From contig CAZVKH010000002.1 in NCBI GenBank assembly GCA_964627095.1, positions 23,001 through 87,000 of the forward strand: DNA of 64,000 nt, given 5' to 3'. This document shows, piece after piece, positions 10,320-20,050 of this stretch. Made by a program: the position numbers and the translations under genes. Under the pieces are notes generated by a model. It did no database searches and was not told where the DNA came from. It saw only the letters and a list, made by a program, of their open reading frames with translations. The DNA is from an uncultured Candidatus Saccharibacteria bacterium. GTDB lineage: Bacteria; Patescibacteriota; Saccharimonadia; Saccharimonadales; JAUPVS01. The number at the start of each line of letters is the position of its first letter. Positions within the stretch are counted from its first letter, which is position 1.

Positions 10320-11117
10320 TTACTGTAGGCTTACAGTTCCCTTAACTTCTATGGTTTCTTCGGTGGTGTAGTTCTTGTACTTGTTGGTGACGACTATCGA
10401 TTGCAAGACTTCGCCGCTATCAACTTCGTAGATGATAACGCCAGCCAGTTGTTTGCCCGGGTCGATTGAGGTACCAACAATCGCATCGGTCACATCCTCT
10501 TTACTTAAGAATTCAGGAGAAATTGAACCACCGGCAGCATTAGTGCCCTTGAACATTCCACTAGTGGCGTAAACTGTTCCAGACTTAAGGCGGTTTCCGA
10601 CCACGACAGATACTTTAACCAGTTCCTTGCCGGCGTCAGCTTTTACGTACTTTGAGTCCGATACATAATTACGCTCTACCTTGGTGATCATAAAACTGGT
10701 GCCATCACTTAAATTAACTTGCTGATTAAGTTTAGCCTTAATGTCTTGGTTCTTAAGACTGGTTTGCTTGTCTTCTATAAGATTTGATACGTCTAGAGTG
10801 CCGTCGCTACGGTCTTGGACGTCACTGCCACCTTTAACGGCATTTGTGATGCTAGAGGCTGGGCTATTACTGCCAGAAAGCAAAAAGTAAGCGCCTGCAC
10901 CAATACCGGCAAGTACCAACACTGCCAGAAGTATCAGAACAATAACTAAGCCCTTCTTTGACTTGCCGCCACCACTGTTTGCCGACATCATTGGCGGTTG
11001 TGGTGCGGCCATTGGGTCTGGGGTAATCGGTTGAGCTGGCATAGCTGGTTGAACTAGAGGCTGCGGTGTTTCGGGTTGTTGAGGCTGCTGGGGCTGAATG
11101 GGCTGTTGGGGTTCCAT
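10320..11117 (-). CDS. Pro/Gln-rich membrane-anchored protein, DUF4352-like ectodomain
   Basis: PQ-rich N-terminus, one TM, beta-rich C-terminus (KVSVVVGNRLKSG...) reminiscent of DUF4352. Confidence 0.45.
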   Translation of the reverse strand: MEPQQPIQPQQPQQPETPQPLVQPAMPAQPITPDPMAAPQPPMMSANSGGGKSKKGLVIVLILLAVLVLAGIGAGAYFLLSGSNSPASSITNAVKGGSDVQDRSDGTLDVSNLIEDKQTSLKNQDIKAKLNQQVNLSDGTSFMITKVERNYVSDSKYVKADAGKELVKVSVVVGNRLKSGTVYATSGMFKGTNAAGGSISPEFLSKEDVTDAIVGTSIDPGKQLAGVIIYEVDSGEVLQSIVVTNKYKNYTTEETIEVKGTVSLQ

Positions 11118-11170
11118 TGGTGTCCTTTTTGTTTTAGTATTTTCTGTATTTTACCATAAACGCTTCTAAA

Positions 11171-11803
11171 TTAGGCGGGTGGTAACGGACTGTCGATAGT
11201 GCGGGTATCTTTGTTGATCATGTGACCGTTTTGGTCCGTGCTATATATAATGGCAGTTCCAAAAATCATCTCGATATCACTTATCGCTTGATCGCTAATA
11301 TTCTCGATATATTTAATGAGTGACCGGATCGAGTTGCCATGAGCGACAATTAAGACCGTCTTGTCCTGTATTAGCAATGGGACGACCTGTTCTTTATAAA
11401 AGGGGACGCTGCGCTGATAGACATCTTTAATGGTTTCGCCACCTTCTACCGGATAATCCCAGCTGCGGCGTAACTGTTGAAAAGCAGCTTCGCCGATAGC
11501 TTCTTTAACTTCCCACTTATTTTTGCCGGTAAATTTGCCGTAGTCGCGTTCGTTAAAGGCACCCGTTACCGTCACTGGTACATCTGGGGTGGGCGAAAAC
11601 TTAAGGATGCCATGAAGGGTTTCGGTGGTACGGATTTGCTGCGACACATAAACTTGGTCAAAGTGGATGTCGTGCAGGGCCTGGCCCATCAGTTCCGATT
11701 CGTGCCGACCTTTGTCGGTTAAATGAACATCAGTAGTGCCGGTCCAGACGCCCTTGGCATTCCAAGTTGACTCACCATGGCGGACGATTACTAATTTACC
11801 CAT
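11171..11803 (-). CDS. gpmA: 2,3-bisphosphoglycerate-dependent phosphoglycerate mutase
   Basis: VRHGESTWN histidine-phosphatase motif and a second His box (VAHGNSIR). Confidence 0.85.
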   Translation of the reverse strand: MGKLVIVRHGESTWNAKGVWTGTTDVHLTDKGRHESELMGQALHDIHFDQVYVSQQIRTTETLHGILKFSPTPDVPVTVTGAFNERDYGKFTGKNKWEVKEAIGEAAFQQLRRSWDYPVEGGETIKDVYQRSVPFYKEQVVPLLIQDKTVLIVAHGNSIRSLIKYIENISDQAISDIEMIFGTAIIYSTDQNGHMINKDTRTIDSPLPPA

Positions 11804-12810
11804 TATGGCCGTACCAGGTTCTGCGGGCTGCCGTTAAGGTAGCTAATTATGTTGTCGGCCGTTGTTTGGTTGATGCGCTCCAATGCCTCAACGCTATTAA
11901 AGGCATTGTGGTTGGTAACGACTAGGTTAGGCAGCTTACGCATAATGTCCAAAGCAACGCCTTGCTCGAGTAGCTGGCGTTTACCATTCTTACGAAGTGT
12001 CACCAGTTCATTATGGATGTCGACCAAGTTCTCACCTTCAAATACATCTAGAGCGGCTCCGGCTAGCGTGTTGTTGGTTAGTGCTGCCAGCAACGCCTCG
12101 GTGTCAACTAGCTCGCCGCGGGCCGTATTAACCAGTAGGGCGGTCGGTTTGAGGCGAGACAGCTTTGATTCATTAATTAGGTGATGTGATTCCTTGGTGT
12201 AAGGGATGTGTAGGCTAACCACATCGCTCTGAGTAAGCAGTTTGTCGAGCGGCAGGTAGTCTATTTTTTGTTTTTTGGCCCAATCGTGGTCGGGGAAGGC
12301 ATCGTGGGCGACAACTTTCATGCCAAAGCCTTGAGCAATGGCCGCCACGTTCTTGCCAATGTGACCGGTTCCAACTAAGCCAAACGTCTTGCCGTATAAA
12401 TCGACGCCCTGCAGGCTGTCGTGGGTAGCATTACCTTGGACGAAGGCAGCTTGGGCGGTGATAATCTTGCGCGTTAGTGCTAATAGTAATGTAAAGGTAT
12501 ATTCGGCTACTGTATGTTCGCCATAAGTTGGCACATTGGCGACCTGTAAGCCTTGTTTGAGTGCGGCCTTAAGGTCAACATGATTAAAACCGGTTGAACG
12601 GCAAGCAATTAGTTTGAGTTTAGGGAACTGGGCAATTAGCTCGGCCGGCATGGCACTACTTACAAAGCCAGAAATAACTTCGGCTTCGGCGTCAACGTTG
12701 CTGGCCGATAGAGGTTCGGCTGTAAAGCGCAGTTCGCCGGCATGGGCCAGGAGTTTTTGGAGAGAAGCTTGGTCTTGGGGGTGGGCATCATATATATGAA
12801 TAACTGGCAT
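11803..12810 (-). CDS. D-isomer-specific 2-hydroxyacid dehydrogenase (D-lactate dehydrogenase-like)
   Basis: NAD fold GLVGTGHIGKNVA, catalytic region NTARG...D; start set to ATG (MPVIHIYD). Confidence 0.8.
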   Translation of the reverse strand: MPVIHIYDAHPQDQASLQKLLAHAGELRFTAEPLSASNVDAEAEVISGFVSSAMPAELIAQFPKLKLIACRSTGFNHVDLKAALKQGLQVANVPTYGEHTVAEYTFTLLLALTRKIITAQAAFVQGNATHDSLQGVDLYGKTFGLVGTGHIGKNVAAIAQGFGMKVVAHDAFPDHDWAKKQKIDYLPLDKLLTQSDVVSLHIPYTKESHHLINESKLSRLKPTALLVNTARGELVDTEALLAALTNNTLAGAALDVFEGENLVDIHNELVTLRKNGKRQLLEQGVALDIMRKLPNLVVTNHNAFNSVEALERINQTTADNIISYLNGSPQNLVRP

Positions 12811-12874
12811 AACCGCTATTATGACCAAAGGGACTCGACTAGGCAACCCAGCCGACGTACAATAAGCATAAGCT

Positions 12875-14113
12875 ATGAAAATTACAGGTATTACTGGACG
12901 TCAGATTCTTGATTCACGCGGCAATCCAACCGTTGAGGCCGAGGTTGTACTTGAAGATGGGTCAACCGGCCGAGCTTCGGTGCCATCGGGTGCTTCGACC
13001 GGGCAGCACGAAGCGGTTGAATTACGCGATGGCGATAAAGCCTGGGGCGGCAAAGGCGTTACTAAGGCCGTTGCCTATGTGAACGGCGAAATTAAACAGG
13101 CCTTGCTTGGTAAAGACGCTAATAATCAGTCCGACATTGACCAAGCCATGATCGAACTGGACGGCACCCGCAACAAGGGTAGACTGGGTGCTAATAGCAT
13201 TTTGGCGGTGTCTTTGGCGGTGGCCCAGGCAGCCACTGCGGCACAAAAGCTGCCGTTGTTCCGCTATGTTGCCACCCTGGCCGGCACTACTCCTTCAATG
13301 CCACGACCAATGATGAACATAGTAAATGGTGGTCAGCATGCCGCCGGCTCAACCGATATCCAGGAGTTTATGATTGTCCCTCTTCAGACTGGTGATATTG
13401 CTAAGTCGTTGCAACTGGGCGCTGAAGTCTTCCATGCTCTTAAGCCAATTGTGGCCGCGTCGCGTTATGCCACCACTGTTGGTGACGAAGGTGGCTATGC
13501 CCCGGCTGTTAACCATGGCAACCGCGAAGCTTTAGATATGATAATCAAAGCCATTGCTGACGCTGGCTATGTGCCCGGTAAAGATGTTGGTTTGGCGCTT
13601 GATGTCGCCGCCTCGGAGCTATTTAAGGATGGCAAGTACGAGCTAAAAACTGAACATCACACCCTCGATGCCAGCCAAATGGTGGAATGGTACAGCGATC
13701 TGATTGACCAGTATCCCATCATCTCTATAGAAGATGGCCTTGACCAGAATGACTGGCCAGGTTGGGCCGCACTGACGGCGCAGCTAGGCAGTAAGGTTCA
13801 GCTAGTCGGCGACGACCTGTTGGTAACCAATACTCATATGATCGAAAAAGCCATCGCGTTAAAGTCGGCCAACGCCGTGCTTATTAAGCCCAACCAGATA
13901 GGTACCTTAACCGAAACTATTGCTGCCGTGGCCATGGCGCAAGAACATGGCTTTAAAACGATTATGTCGCACCGTTCCGGTGAAACCGAAGATGTTAGCA
14001 TTGCGCACTTAGCGGTTGGACTCGGTACCGGGCAGATCAAGACTGGATCTTTGTCACGTGGTGAACGCACCGCTAAATACAACGAACTTTTACGCATCAG
14101 CGAACAGTTGTAG
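12875..14113 (+). CDS. eno: enolase
   Basis: MKITGITGRQILDSRGNPTVEAEV... and SHRSGETED, near-canonical enolase sequence. Confidence 0.95.
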   Translation: MKITGITGRQILDSRGNPTVEAEVVLEDGSTGRASVPSGASTGQHEAVELRDGDKAWGGKGVTKAVAYVNGEIKQALLGKDANNQSDIDQAMIELDGTRNKGRLGANSILAVSLAVAQAATAAQKLPLFRYVATLAGTTPSMPRPMMNIVNGGQHAAGSTDIQEFMIVPLQTGDIAKSLQLGAEVFHALKPIVAASRYATTVGDEGGYAPAVNHGNREALDMIIKAIADAGYVPGKDVGLALDVAASELFKDGKYELKTEHHTLDASQMVEWYSDLIDQYPIISIEDGLDQNDWPGWAALTAQLGSKVQLVGDDLLVTNTHMIEKAIALKSANAVLIKPNQIGTLTETIAAVAMAQEHGFKTIMSHRSGETEDVSIAHLAVGLGTGQIKTGSLSRGERTAKYNELLRISEQL

Positions 14114-14132
14114 ATTTCTTCCCCAAAGGCAA

Positions 14133-14156
14133 AAGCCAGATCTTTCGACCTGGCTT
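14133..14156. terminator. hairpin between convergent genes (possible bidirectional terminator)
   Basis: aagccagatc-tttc-gacctggctt stem-loop with one mismatch; T-runs follow on both strands. Confidence 0.45.
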
Positions 14157-14184
14157 GGGTTGCCGTTTTTGTGAGAGTACTTTA

Positions 14185-14886
14185 CTAAAGTACTGCGCCG
14201 TCTTCGACTGGTGCGAAGAAAGGTACGACTTCGTTGAAGTTGTGATCGTTGTCCGAAAGGATTTCGTTGTCAGATAGTAAGTGGTTGTCTGACAAGATTT
14301 CGTTGTTGTTCATTTCGGTGGTGTTGAACGAATCGGTTGCAGTGTTAGTAGTGGTGTTGGTCGTTACATTGGTAGTAACTGGGTTGTTTGAGGCAGTTGT
14401 GTTGTTATTGTTGCTGCCGTTACCGTTGTTGCTGTCAACTGTCATGGTCAAGTTGAGGCTCATGCTCTTAGAAACGTTCTTGGTCCAAGAGTTGCTGGTA
14501 GTAGTGGTGCTGGTGTTAGTGTTGTTGAATGAACCGCTGATAGCTGATGCAGCAGGAAGCCATGCAGCTTTTTTAACAGCGTGACCGCTCATTACGGCTG
14601 CGCCGCTACCGGCTGCCACGGCGTCATCGCCTTCGACTGGAACTGAACAGCTGCCAGTACCAACGACGGAACCAACTGGTGAATTAATGCTTTGAGTAGT
14701 AGTTGCCGGGCTGCTATTTGTGGTGGCGGCCTTGGCTAAATCGCTACGAACGACGCTAGAAACCAAAATTGATGAAACAACAATCGACGAAACGATTGAA
14801 GCAAACATTATAAGAGCCATAGTAATGAGCTGTTTGTTTTGGTCTGTGGCGCCTTGTTGTAGCTGAGCCATAGGTTTGTCCCCCAA
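14185..14886 (-). CDS. Ser/Thr/Asn-rich low-complexity membrane-anchored/secreted protein
   Basis: N-terminal TM, long S/T/N tracts, C-terminal (E/H)(I/L)LSDN repeats. Confidence 0.45.
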   Translation of the reverse strand: MGDKPMAQLQQGATDQNKQLITMALIMFASIVSSIVVSSILVSSVVRSDLAKAATTNSSPATTTQSINSPVGSVVGTGSCSVPVEGDDAVAAGSGAAVMSGHAVKKAAWLPAASAISGSFNNTNTSTTTTSNSWTKNVSKSMSLNLTMTVDSNNGNGSNNNNTTASNNPVTTNVTTNTTTNTATDSFNTTEMNNNEILSDNHLLSDNEILSDNDHNFNEVVPFFAPVEDGAVL

Positions 14887-15159
14887 TTATTTAAATAGTT
14901 TGTGACCTCGTACCCTCACAGTCCGTGTCACATATAACTATAACGTGCTTAAGGTGCTATTTACATTGTTGTTTTTACTGCACTACAAAAAGGTGGCCAA
15001 ACTGCTTGTTTTTTCGCTAAACTGTTGGCTCAGAGGTTCGGTGGGTAGCTTTTTAGCACTGTTTTTTACAACATATGTCCACAGACTATTGTTTGTGAAG
15101 TCTATTGGCTAATCACCCTACTAAGCGCATAATCGAAGCATAAGCAAGGAGGCTCAAGT

Positions 15160-15579
15160 ATGGACGTACAAATTAACTGGGTAGCGGTGGTACTGGCGAT
15201 GATCTCTTCTATGGTGGTAGGCTCGGTGTGGTATATGCCGGCGGTGTTTGGCAAGAGCTGGTCCAAGATGGTTGGAATGACCAAAGAAAAACAAGAAAAA
15301 GGTGCTGGCAAGGCCATTGCCGTAACAGTAGTGGTAAGCTTCATTTCGGCTTTTGTTTTGGCGCATATGACCTATATCAGCAGTGTCTTTTATAATGAGA
15401 CGTTTATGGTGAGTGCTTTCACGACGGCGTTTTGGTTGTGGCTGGGCTTTACGGCGGCCAGGTTTATTACTCACGATGCCTTTGAACAGCGACCAACCAA
15501 ACTTACTGTTATGAACGTGGCGCACGAGTTCGTGACCTTTATGGTGATGGCGCTGATTATCGGTGCACTTAAGCCCTAG
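15160..15579 (+). CDS. DUF1761-like membrane protein
   Basis: MDVQINWVAVVLAMISSMVVGSVWY... N-terminus and 4 TM layout typical of DUF1761; SD aaggagg upstream. Confidence 0.6.
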   Translation: MDVQINWVAVVLAMISSMVVGSVWYMPAVFGKSWSKMVGMTKEKQEKGAGKAIAVTVVVSFISAFVLAHMTYISSVFYNETFMVSAFTTAFWLWLGFTAARFITHDAFEQRPTKLTVMNVAHEFVTFMVMALIIGALKP

Positions 15580-15580
15580 T

Positions 15581-16312
15581 CTACAGTTTAGTAAAACATT
15601 CGCAGCGGGCGTGAGCCTTAATAAATACTAAACCCTCGGGGTCATCAAACAGTTGTTGGGTTTGGCTGGGTTGACATTTTAGAGCCTGCATTTTTATATC
15701 TTGAATATCTACGGGTAAAGGGATGCACAGATCCATTTTATTCATTGGCTTTGTAGCTGGTTTGTCGATGTTAAAGTAGATGTCCTTAAGAATCGAGCCA
15801 CAGTCGCAACATGCCTGTTCGTAGTTTTCGGCTGACTCGATAGCGCCATAGGCCACAATGGGCAAGTCGCTCAGAGCTACCGCCTGGCGCACCCACGCGC
15901 AAATAGTCTTGTGATCATCGTGTCCGGTAATGCCATTAGGTTCAAAAGTAAACACACTGTCGGGCTTAACTTCTTTAATAAGGTTGGTAATCTGCTCGAC
16001 GGCAGTAGATGTGTCGGCTGATGATAATGCGCCGTCGGCGTAGTCGAGCCAGTGATGTTCGGAAACGTCCATAAGACCTAAGCAGTCTTCTAGTTCTTTG
16101 GTGCGAATTTTGCCTAGCTCGGCTTGGGGCCAGCGAGCTTGATTGGCGGTTTTGCCGGCGTCGCCGCGGGTGGCTGTTACTAATACGACGCGCTGCTGGT
16201 TGCGCCGGGCGATGGCAATTAACCCGGCCATAGCCCAGGCTTCATCGTCGGGGTGGGCCCAGATTCCTAAAATGGTTCCAAGTTGTTTAATGTCGGCCGG
16301 CTGGCATTGCAT
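15581..16312 (-). CDS. PIG-L/LmbE family deacetylase
   Basis: AHPDDEA zinc-binding motif plus HxDH (GHDDH); start set to ATG (MQCQPAD). Confidence 0.75.
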   Translation of the reverse strand: MQCQPADIKQLGTILGIWAHPDDEAWAMAGLIAIARRNQQRVVLVTATRGDAGKTANQARWPQAELGKIRTKELEDCLGLMDVSEHHWLDYADGALSSADTSTAVEQITNLIKEVKPDSVFTFEPNGITGHDDHKTICAWVRQAVALSDLPIVAYGAIESAENYEQACCDCGSILKDIYFNIDKPATKPMNKMDLCIPLPVDIQDIKMQALKCQPSQTQQLFDDPEGLVFIKAHARCECFTKL

Positions 16313-16338
16313 GGCTCTAGTATATAATGACGGCAGCA

Positions 16339-17082
16339 ATGATTGTTCTACTAAATTCGTCAAAAACAATGCGGGGTCATAGCGAACACCCGGTTCCGGT
16401 TAGACGACCGCTGTTAGAGAATGAAGCCCAAGTTCTTAACCAGATTCTCAAAACCAAGTCACAAGGCCAGCTGCAGAAGCTAATGCATATTTCGCCGGCC
16501 TTGGCTGTCAAAACCCACCAGCTGATCGAAAACTGGCAAAGTCCGGGCACAATTGCCGCGCTAGATGGTTTTGTGGGCGACATTTACCGTGGCCTTAAGG
16601 CCGAGGATTTTACCGAGCCAGAACGCAAGTTTGCCGACCAACAGTTGCGTATACTGTCGGGGCAGTACGGTATAGTACAGCCACTCGACTTAGTTAGTCC
16701 GTACCGGCTTGAGGCTATGTACAGCCTAAAAGGTAAAGGGTTTAAGAACTTGTACGACTTTTGGCAAGATAAAGTCGCCAAGACGTTGCCAAAACAGGGG
16801 GCGATTGTAAATGTTGCTTCGGTCGAATATGCCAAACTGGTAACGCCGTTTGTGGATGATAAAAGGCTAATTAGCCCTCTCTTTTTAACATCTGCTAACG
16901 GTAAAGAACCAACGTTTGTAGCGATTCATGCCAAATGGGCGCGCGGTGCCTTTGCGCGCTGGATTGTTAAAGAAGGCCTGACCAGTCCAGAACGCTTTAA
17001 CGAGTTTAGTGATATGGATTATGCGTTTAACGAAGCGCTCAGCACGGCTCAGCAGCCAACTTACATTAAGACTTTGAAGTAG
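16339..17082 (+). CDS. yaaA: YaaA/UPF0246 (DUF328) peroxide-stress family protein
   Basis: MIVLLNSSKTM N-terminus and GDIYRGL motif; TATAAT at 16323-16328 lies 10 nt before the ATG. Confidence 0.8.
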   Translation: MIVLLNSSKTMRGHSEHPVPVRRPLLENEAQVLNQILKTKSQGQLQKLMHISPALAVKTHQLIENWQSPGTIAALDGFVGDIYRGLKAEDFTEPERKFADQQLRILSGQYGIVQPLDLVSPYRLEAMYSLKGKGFKNLYDFWQDKVAKTLPKQGAIVNVASVEYAKLVTPFVDDKRLISPLFLTSANGKEPTFVAIHAKWARGAFARWIVKEGLTSPERFNEFSDMDYAFNEALSTAQQPTYIKTLK

Positions 17083-18007
17083 GCTTCTTATCTGTTTTAA
17101 GGCTGTAGATCTTACTAAGAATTGCTAATACGACGCAAGCTAGGCCTAGGACCAGGCTATAGATTTGTAAATTGTGAAGCAATGTCTCTAGCAGCTTAGA
17201 GGTGGCTTTTTGGGTTAGGGCATCGGTGGTGTTGCCGAGGCTGATGTGGGTGGCGATGTAAATCGACAGGCTAAACAACAGCGAGCCTAGGCCGGCACCC
17301 ATGGCAATGCGGCGGAAGGTTTTAACATGATGAACCGATAGCCAAACCGAGGCAACCAATAACAGCACGGTAATTATCACTACTACCCACGTTGCCTGAT
17401 GGAAGCGTTCGTAGGTGTCGTGGGCTTGTTTGAGGCGCGTATCGGTTAGGTTAACTTTGGCAGTGTTTTCTTCTATAACAATATTGTCGGCCACCGGCGC
17501 TAGCTGGGTGGTCTTAAGTTGTTCAACAACTCCGGCCACCACTGGGTTGAAGTCAATTGTAATAGTTTCGGAATTACTATTCAGCTGCTTAATTAGGGCG
17601 GCATGGACGGTTTGGTTGGTATTTTCCCAGAGTGTACTGAATTGTGGCGACTGAACAGCCGTCAGAATATTCTTATAAATGATTGGTTGCATTTGGCCTT
17701 GCAATTGGGCGGCGGCTTGACTAGCTACCTGGTTATTAGGTAGAAGTAGATTGGCCAGCTCTTGAGCCGAAGTGTTCTTGACCAGCTGCTCACTGGTTTT
17801 TTGGGCAATATAGTTTTGGATATCCGGCTGACTAGATAGCGGAGAAACTGTTTTTACAAAAGTCGGTGTGTCGGTCAGAGTGCGGTTTAGCCACACTAAT
17901 ACCAAGCTAGACAAAACTAAACTAACAGCCAAAGTTCCACATAAAGAGGCCAAAACGGTACGAACGCGATGGTTGGTTTGGGTTGGTGGTTGTGACGCAA
18001 CAGACAT
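17066..18007 (-). CDS. membrane protein, unknown function
   Basis: N-terminal TM and three C-terminal TM segments flank a Gln-rich ectodomain. Confidence 0.5.
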   Translation of the reverse strand: MSVASQPPTQTNHRVRTVLASLCGTLAVSLVLSSLVLVWLNRTLTDTPTFVKTVSPLSSQPDIQNYIAQKTSEQLVKNTSAQELANLLLPNNQVASQAAAQLQGQMQPIIYKNILTAVQSPQFSTLWENTNQTVHAALIKQLNSNSETITIDFNPVVAGVVEQLKTTQLAPVADNIVIEENTAKVNLTDTRLKQAHDTYERFHQATWVVVIITVLLLVASVWLSVHHVKTFRRIAMGAGLGSLLFSLSIYIATHISLGNTTDALTQKATSKLLETLLHNLQIYSLVLGLACVVLAILSKIYSLKTDKKPTSKS

Positions 18008-18055
18008 AGTAATTATTAAACCACTAACTCGGTAAAAACGTAAGCGTTAAGCTGT

Positions 18056-19141
18056 TTAATGGCGCTTGCGGCGCTTGGTTATGCCCAGCTCCACAGTATC
18101 CAAGCCGCCCCAAATACCTTCGGTTTGGTGTGTGCGGATGGCATATTCGGCGCATTCGCTTTTGACAACACAGTTAGCGCAGAACATTTCCACTAACTGC
18201 TTTTTTCTTTCTTTAAAATCCCGTAATCGCTCACCCGGTCGCTGATAAAAATCGTCAGCCCTAATACCCTTTGTATTGTCAGGCCTGCAAAAAGCTTGGT
18301 CGGCCCAGGCTTCTTCGCTAAAATGCTTGGCAATAAAGCTGCGGCGAGCGCGCAGTTCGTCTGTAGTTTGTTGTAGTAGCCCACCAGCCCTTAGCCGGGC
18401 CGCCATATCAGATTCGGGAATAAGTAGCAGGCTAAGGACGCGCAAACGGTCTTGGCCCTCGGGCGAAAGTTTATCCTTATCGACACCCGAAAGCTCAGAA
18501 AGCAGTTTATTGGCATCATTGTTATCTTCAATTTTGGGTAGTGAACCGCCATGCTCGAGATAACTTTTAACTGTATAAGAAACTGGTAGCTTCAAAAAGG
18601 TCTCTTTATACTTGGGGCTATGGCGGATATCTTTAACTATGACATCAGGAATTCCAACAGCCAGTTGACCAAGTTTAGTGCCAATGGTTAGCAAGGGCTC
18701 GCCATTATTATCGACACCAACTGACTGAATCACCTCAAAGGTCGAGCGGCATATTTCTAAGAAAGAGGCTCTGTTGGCGGCTTTGGCGGCAAAGCCTTGC
18801 TCTTGGTATTCGTCCATTGTTAATAGCTCGCGTTTCGCTATAAGAATACCAAGCAAATTTGCTGCTTGACGGTTGAGTATACAACCCGAATTCCCTTCGA
18901 AACTAAGAACGCTGGGACCGATTACAAGTAACTTTCGAGCTTCATCACCATAATCTTTGGCAACTCTCTGATTATCGGCTTCTAGCTGTAAAGGCTCTAC
19001 TAAAGGGATAGACACCGGAACGTCTTCGTTCTGAAATCGATGTATAGAGTAGTGCATGTAATCCAATATCTCTTCGGCAGTTATAGTCGGCCGGTCTGTA
19101 CCGACTGCAAGGGGCGTCACATTGGAAGGGAACTCACTCAT
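18056..19141 (-). CDS. protein with C-terminal WhiB-like (Wbl) 4Fe-4S domain and about 280-aa unknown N-terminal region
   Basis: C285...C321-x2-C324-x5-C330, then GIWGG 12 residues later and a basic KRRKRH tail: the Wbl signature. Confidence 0.7.
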   Translation of the reverse strand: MSEFPSNVTPLAVGTDRPTITAEEILDYMHYSIHRFQNEDVPVSIPLVEPLQLEADNQRVAKDYGDEARKLLVIGPSVLSFEGNSGCILNRQAANLLGILIAKRELLTMDEYQEQGFAAKAANRASFLEICRSTFEVIQSVGVDNNGEPLLTIGTKLGQLAVGIPDVIVKDIRHSPKYKETFLKLPVSYTVKSYLEHGGSLPKIEDNNDANKLLSELSGVDKDKLSPEGQDRLRVLSLLLIPESDMAARLRAGGLLQQTTDELRARRSFIAKHFSEEAWADQAFCRPDNTKGIRADDFYQRPGERLRDFKERKKQLVEMFCANCVVKSECAEYAIRTHQTEGIWGGLDTVELGITKRRKRH

Positions 19142-19252
19142 CTGAGCATACTATAACATCTTTATTGTTTAACTATGAAAATATAGAAATGTAAAGAGTA
19201 TCCAAGTTGGCTCAACAGGACTATAATATAAGTGCAATAAAAGGAGATCGTT

Positions 19253-19528
19253 ATGCCGTTAATGGGACCAATGGGAAATGCCGGAGCACGTCGACGAGGC
19301 CGCCGCCGCGGATTAGTTGTAGGAGCCGCTGTCGGATCAGCCGCTGCCCGTCGTAATCAACCACAGCCAGCCGAGGAGCCAGTGGCCGCCGCGCCCGCAC
19401 CAGCTCCGCAAGCTGCACCAGCCGACGATAGTATTGAGCAACTCAAGAAGTTAGCCGAACTGCGTGATCAGGGTATTTTAACCGAAGAAGAATTTGCCGC
19501 TAAGAAAACCCAAATTTTGGGTCTATAA
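19253..19528 (+). CDS. SHOCT-domain protein
   Basis: C-terminal IEQLKKLAELRDQGILTEEEFAAKKTQIL; SD aaaggag upstream. Confidence 0.65.
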   Translation: MPLMGPMGNAGARRRGRRRGLVVGAAVGSAAARRNQPQPAEEPVAAAPAPAPQAAPADDSIEQLKKLAELRDQGILTEEEFAAKKTQILGL

Positions 19529-19537
19529 TAAGCTTTA

Positions 19538-20050
19538 GTGACCAAAAAAATAATCTACGCCAAAAGTACCAAACAAGAGTACCGCAAGTTTCTGGCGGTG
19601 ATTGGTTTTATATTTGTAACCGCTACTTTAATGAGCACGTTGATATCTTTTAGATGGGAAGATTGGATTCGCTGGTATTTGGGTAGTTCATTGCTGGTTT
19701 TTGGTGGTTTTAAGCTGATTAGTTTTGATTCGTTTTCGCAGGTGTTTCCGCGTTACGACCCGCTGGCCGCTAAGTATTCGTGGTACGCTTTTGCCTACCC
19801 AATTGCTCAAGTTATGCTGGGCGGCTTCTTTATACTCGACATCGCGCCAGGCTTGCGTAATGTTCTAACGGCCGCCATGGGTATTTTTGGATTAATTAGC
19901 ATGGTGACCAACTTGGAACGGCAGGGGCCGAGTGCTCAAAATACCTGGTTGGGGCACGTCTTGCGTTTGCCAATGTCAACAGCGCTATTGTTTGAAGATG
20001 GCATGATTGCCGTTTTTGCCACCATCCTACTGATTGCCGCTATCTTCTAG
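19538..20050 (+). CDS. membrane protein (MauE/DoxX-like)
   Basis: Four hydrophobic helices, GTG start; family assignment is weak. Confidence 0.4.
   Translation: MTKKIIYAKSTKQEYRKFLAVIGFIFVTATLMSTLISFRWEDWIRWYLGSSLLVFGGFKLISFDSFSQVFPRYDPLAAKYSWYAFAYPIAQVMLGGFFILDIAPGLRNVLTAAMGIFGLISMVTNLERQGPSAQNTWLGHVLRLPMSTALLFEDGMIAVFATILLIAAIF

Noticed and set aside
10950-11117. Pro/Gln-rich repetitive N-terminus (PQQPIQPQQPQQPETPQP...) as a possible DNA tandem repeat
   Set aside because: The codons vary, so the repetition is at the amino-acid composition level only. It is a low-complexity cytoplasmic tail of a membrane protein.
12858-12872. 15-mer aataagcataagcta shared between the eno upstream region (12858-12872) and the fba upstream region (63703-63717), a possible glycolytic operator
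   Set aside because: A back-of-envelope estimate (about 4e9 position pairs on both strands against 4^15 sequences) predicts a few exact 15-mer matches by chance in 64 kb. The motif is absent upstream of gap and gpmA. Kept only as a note.
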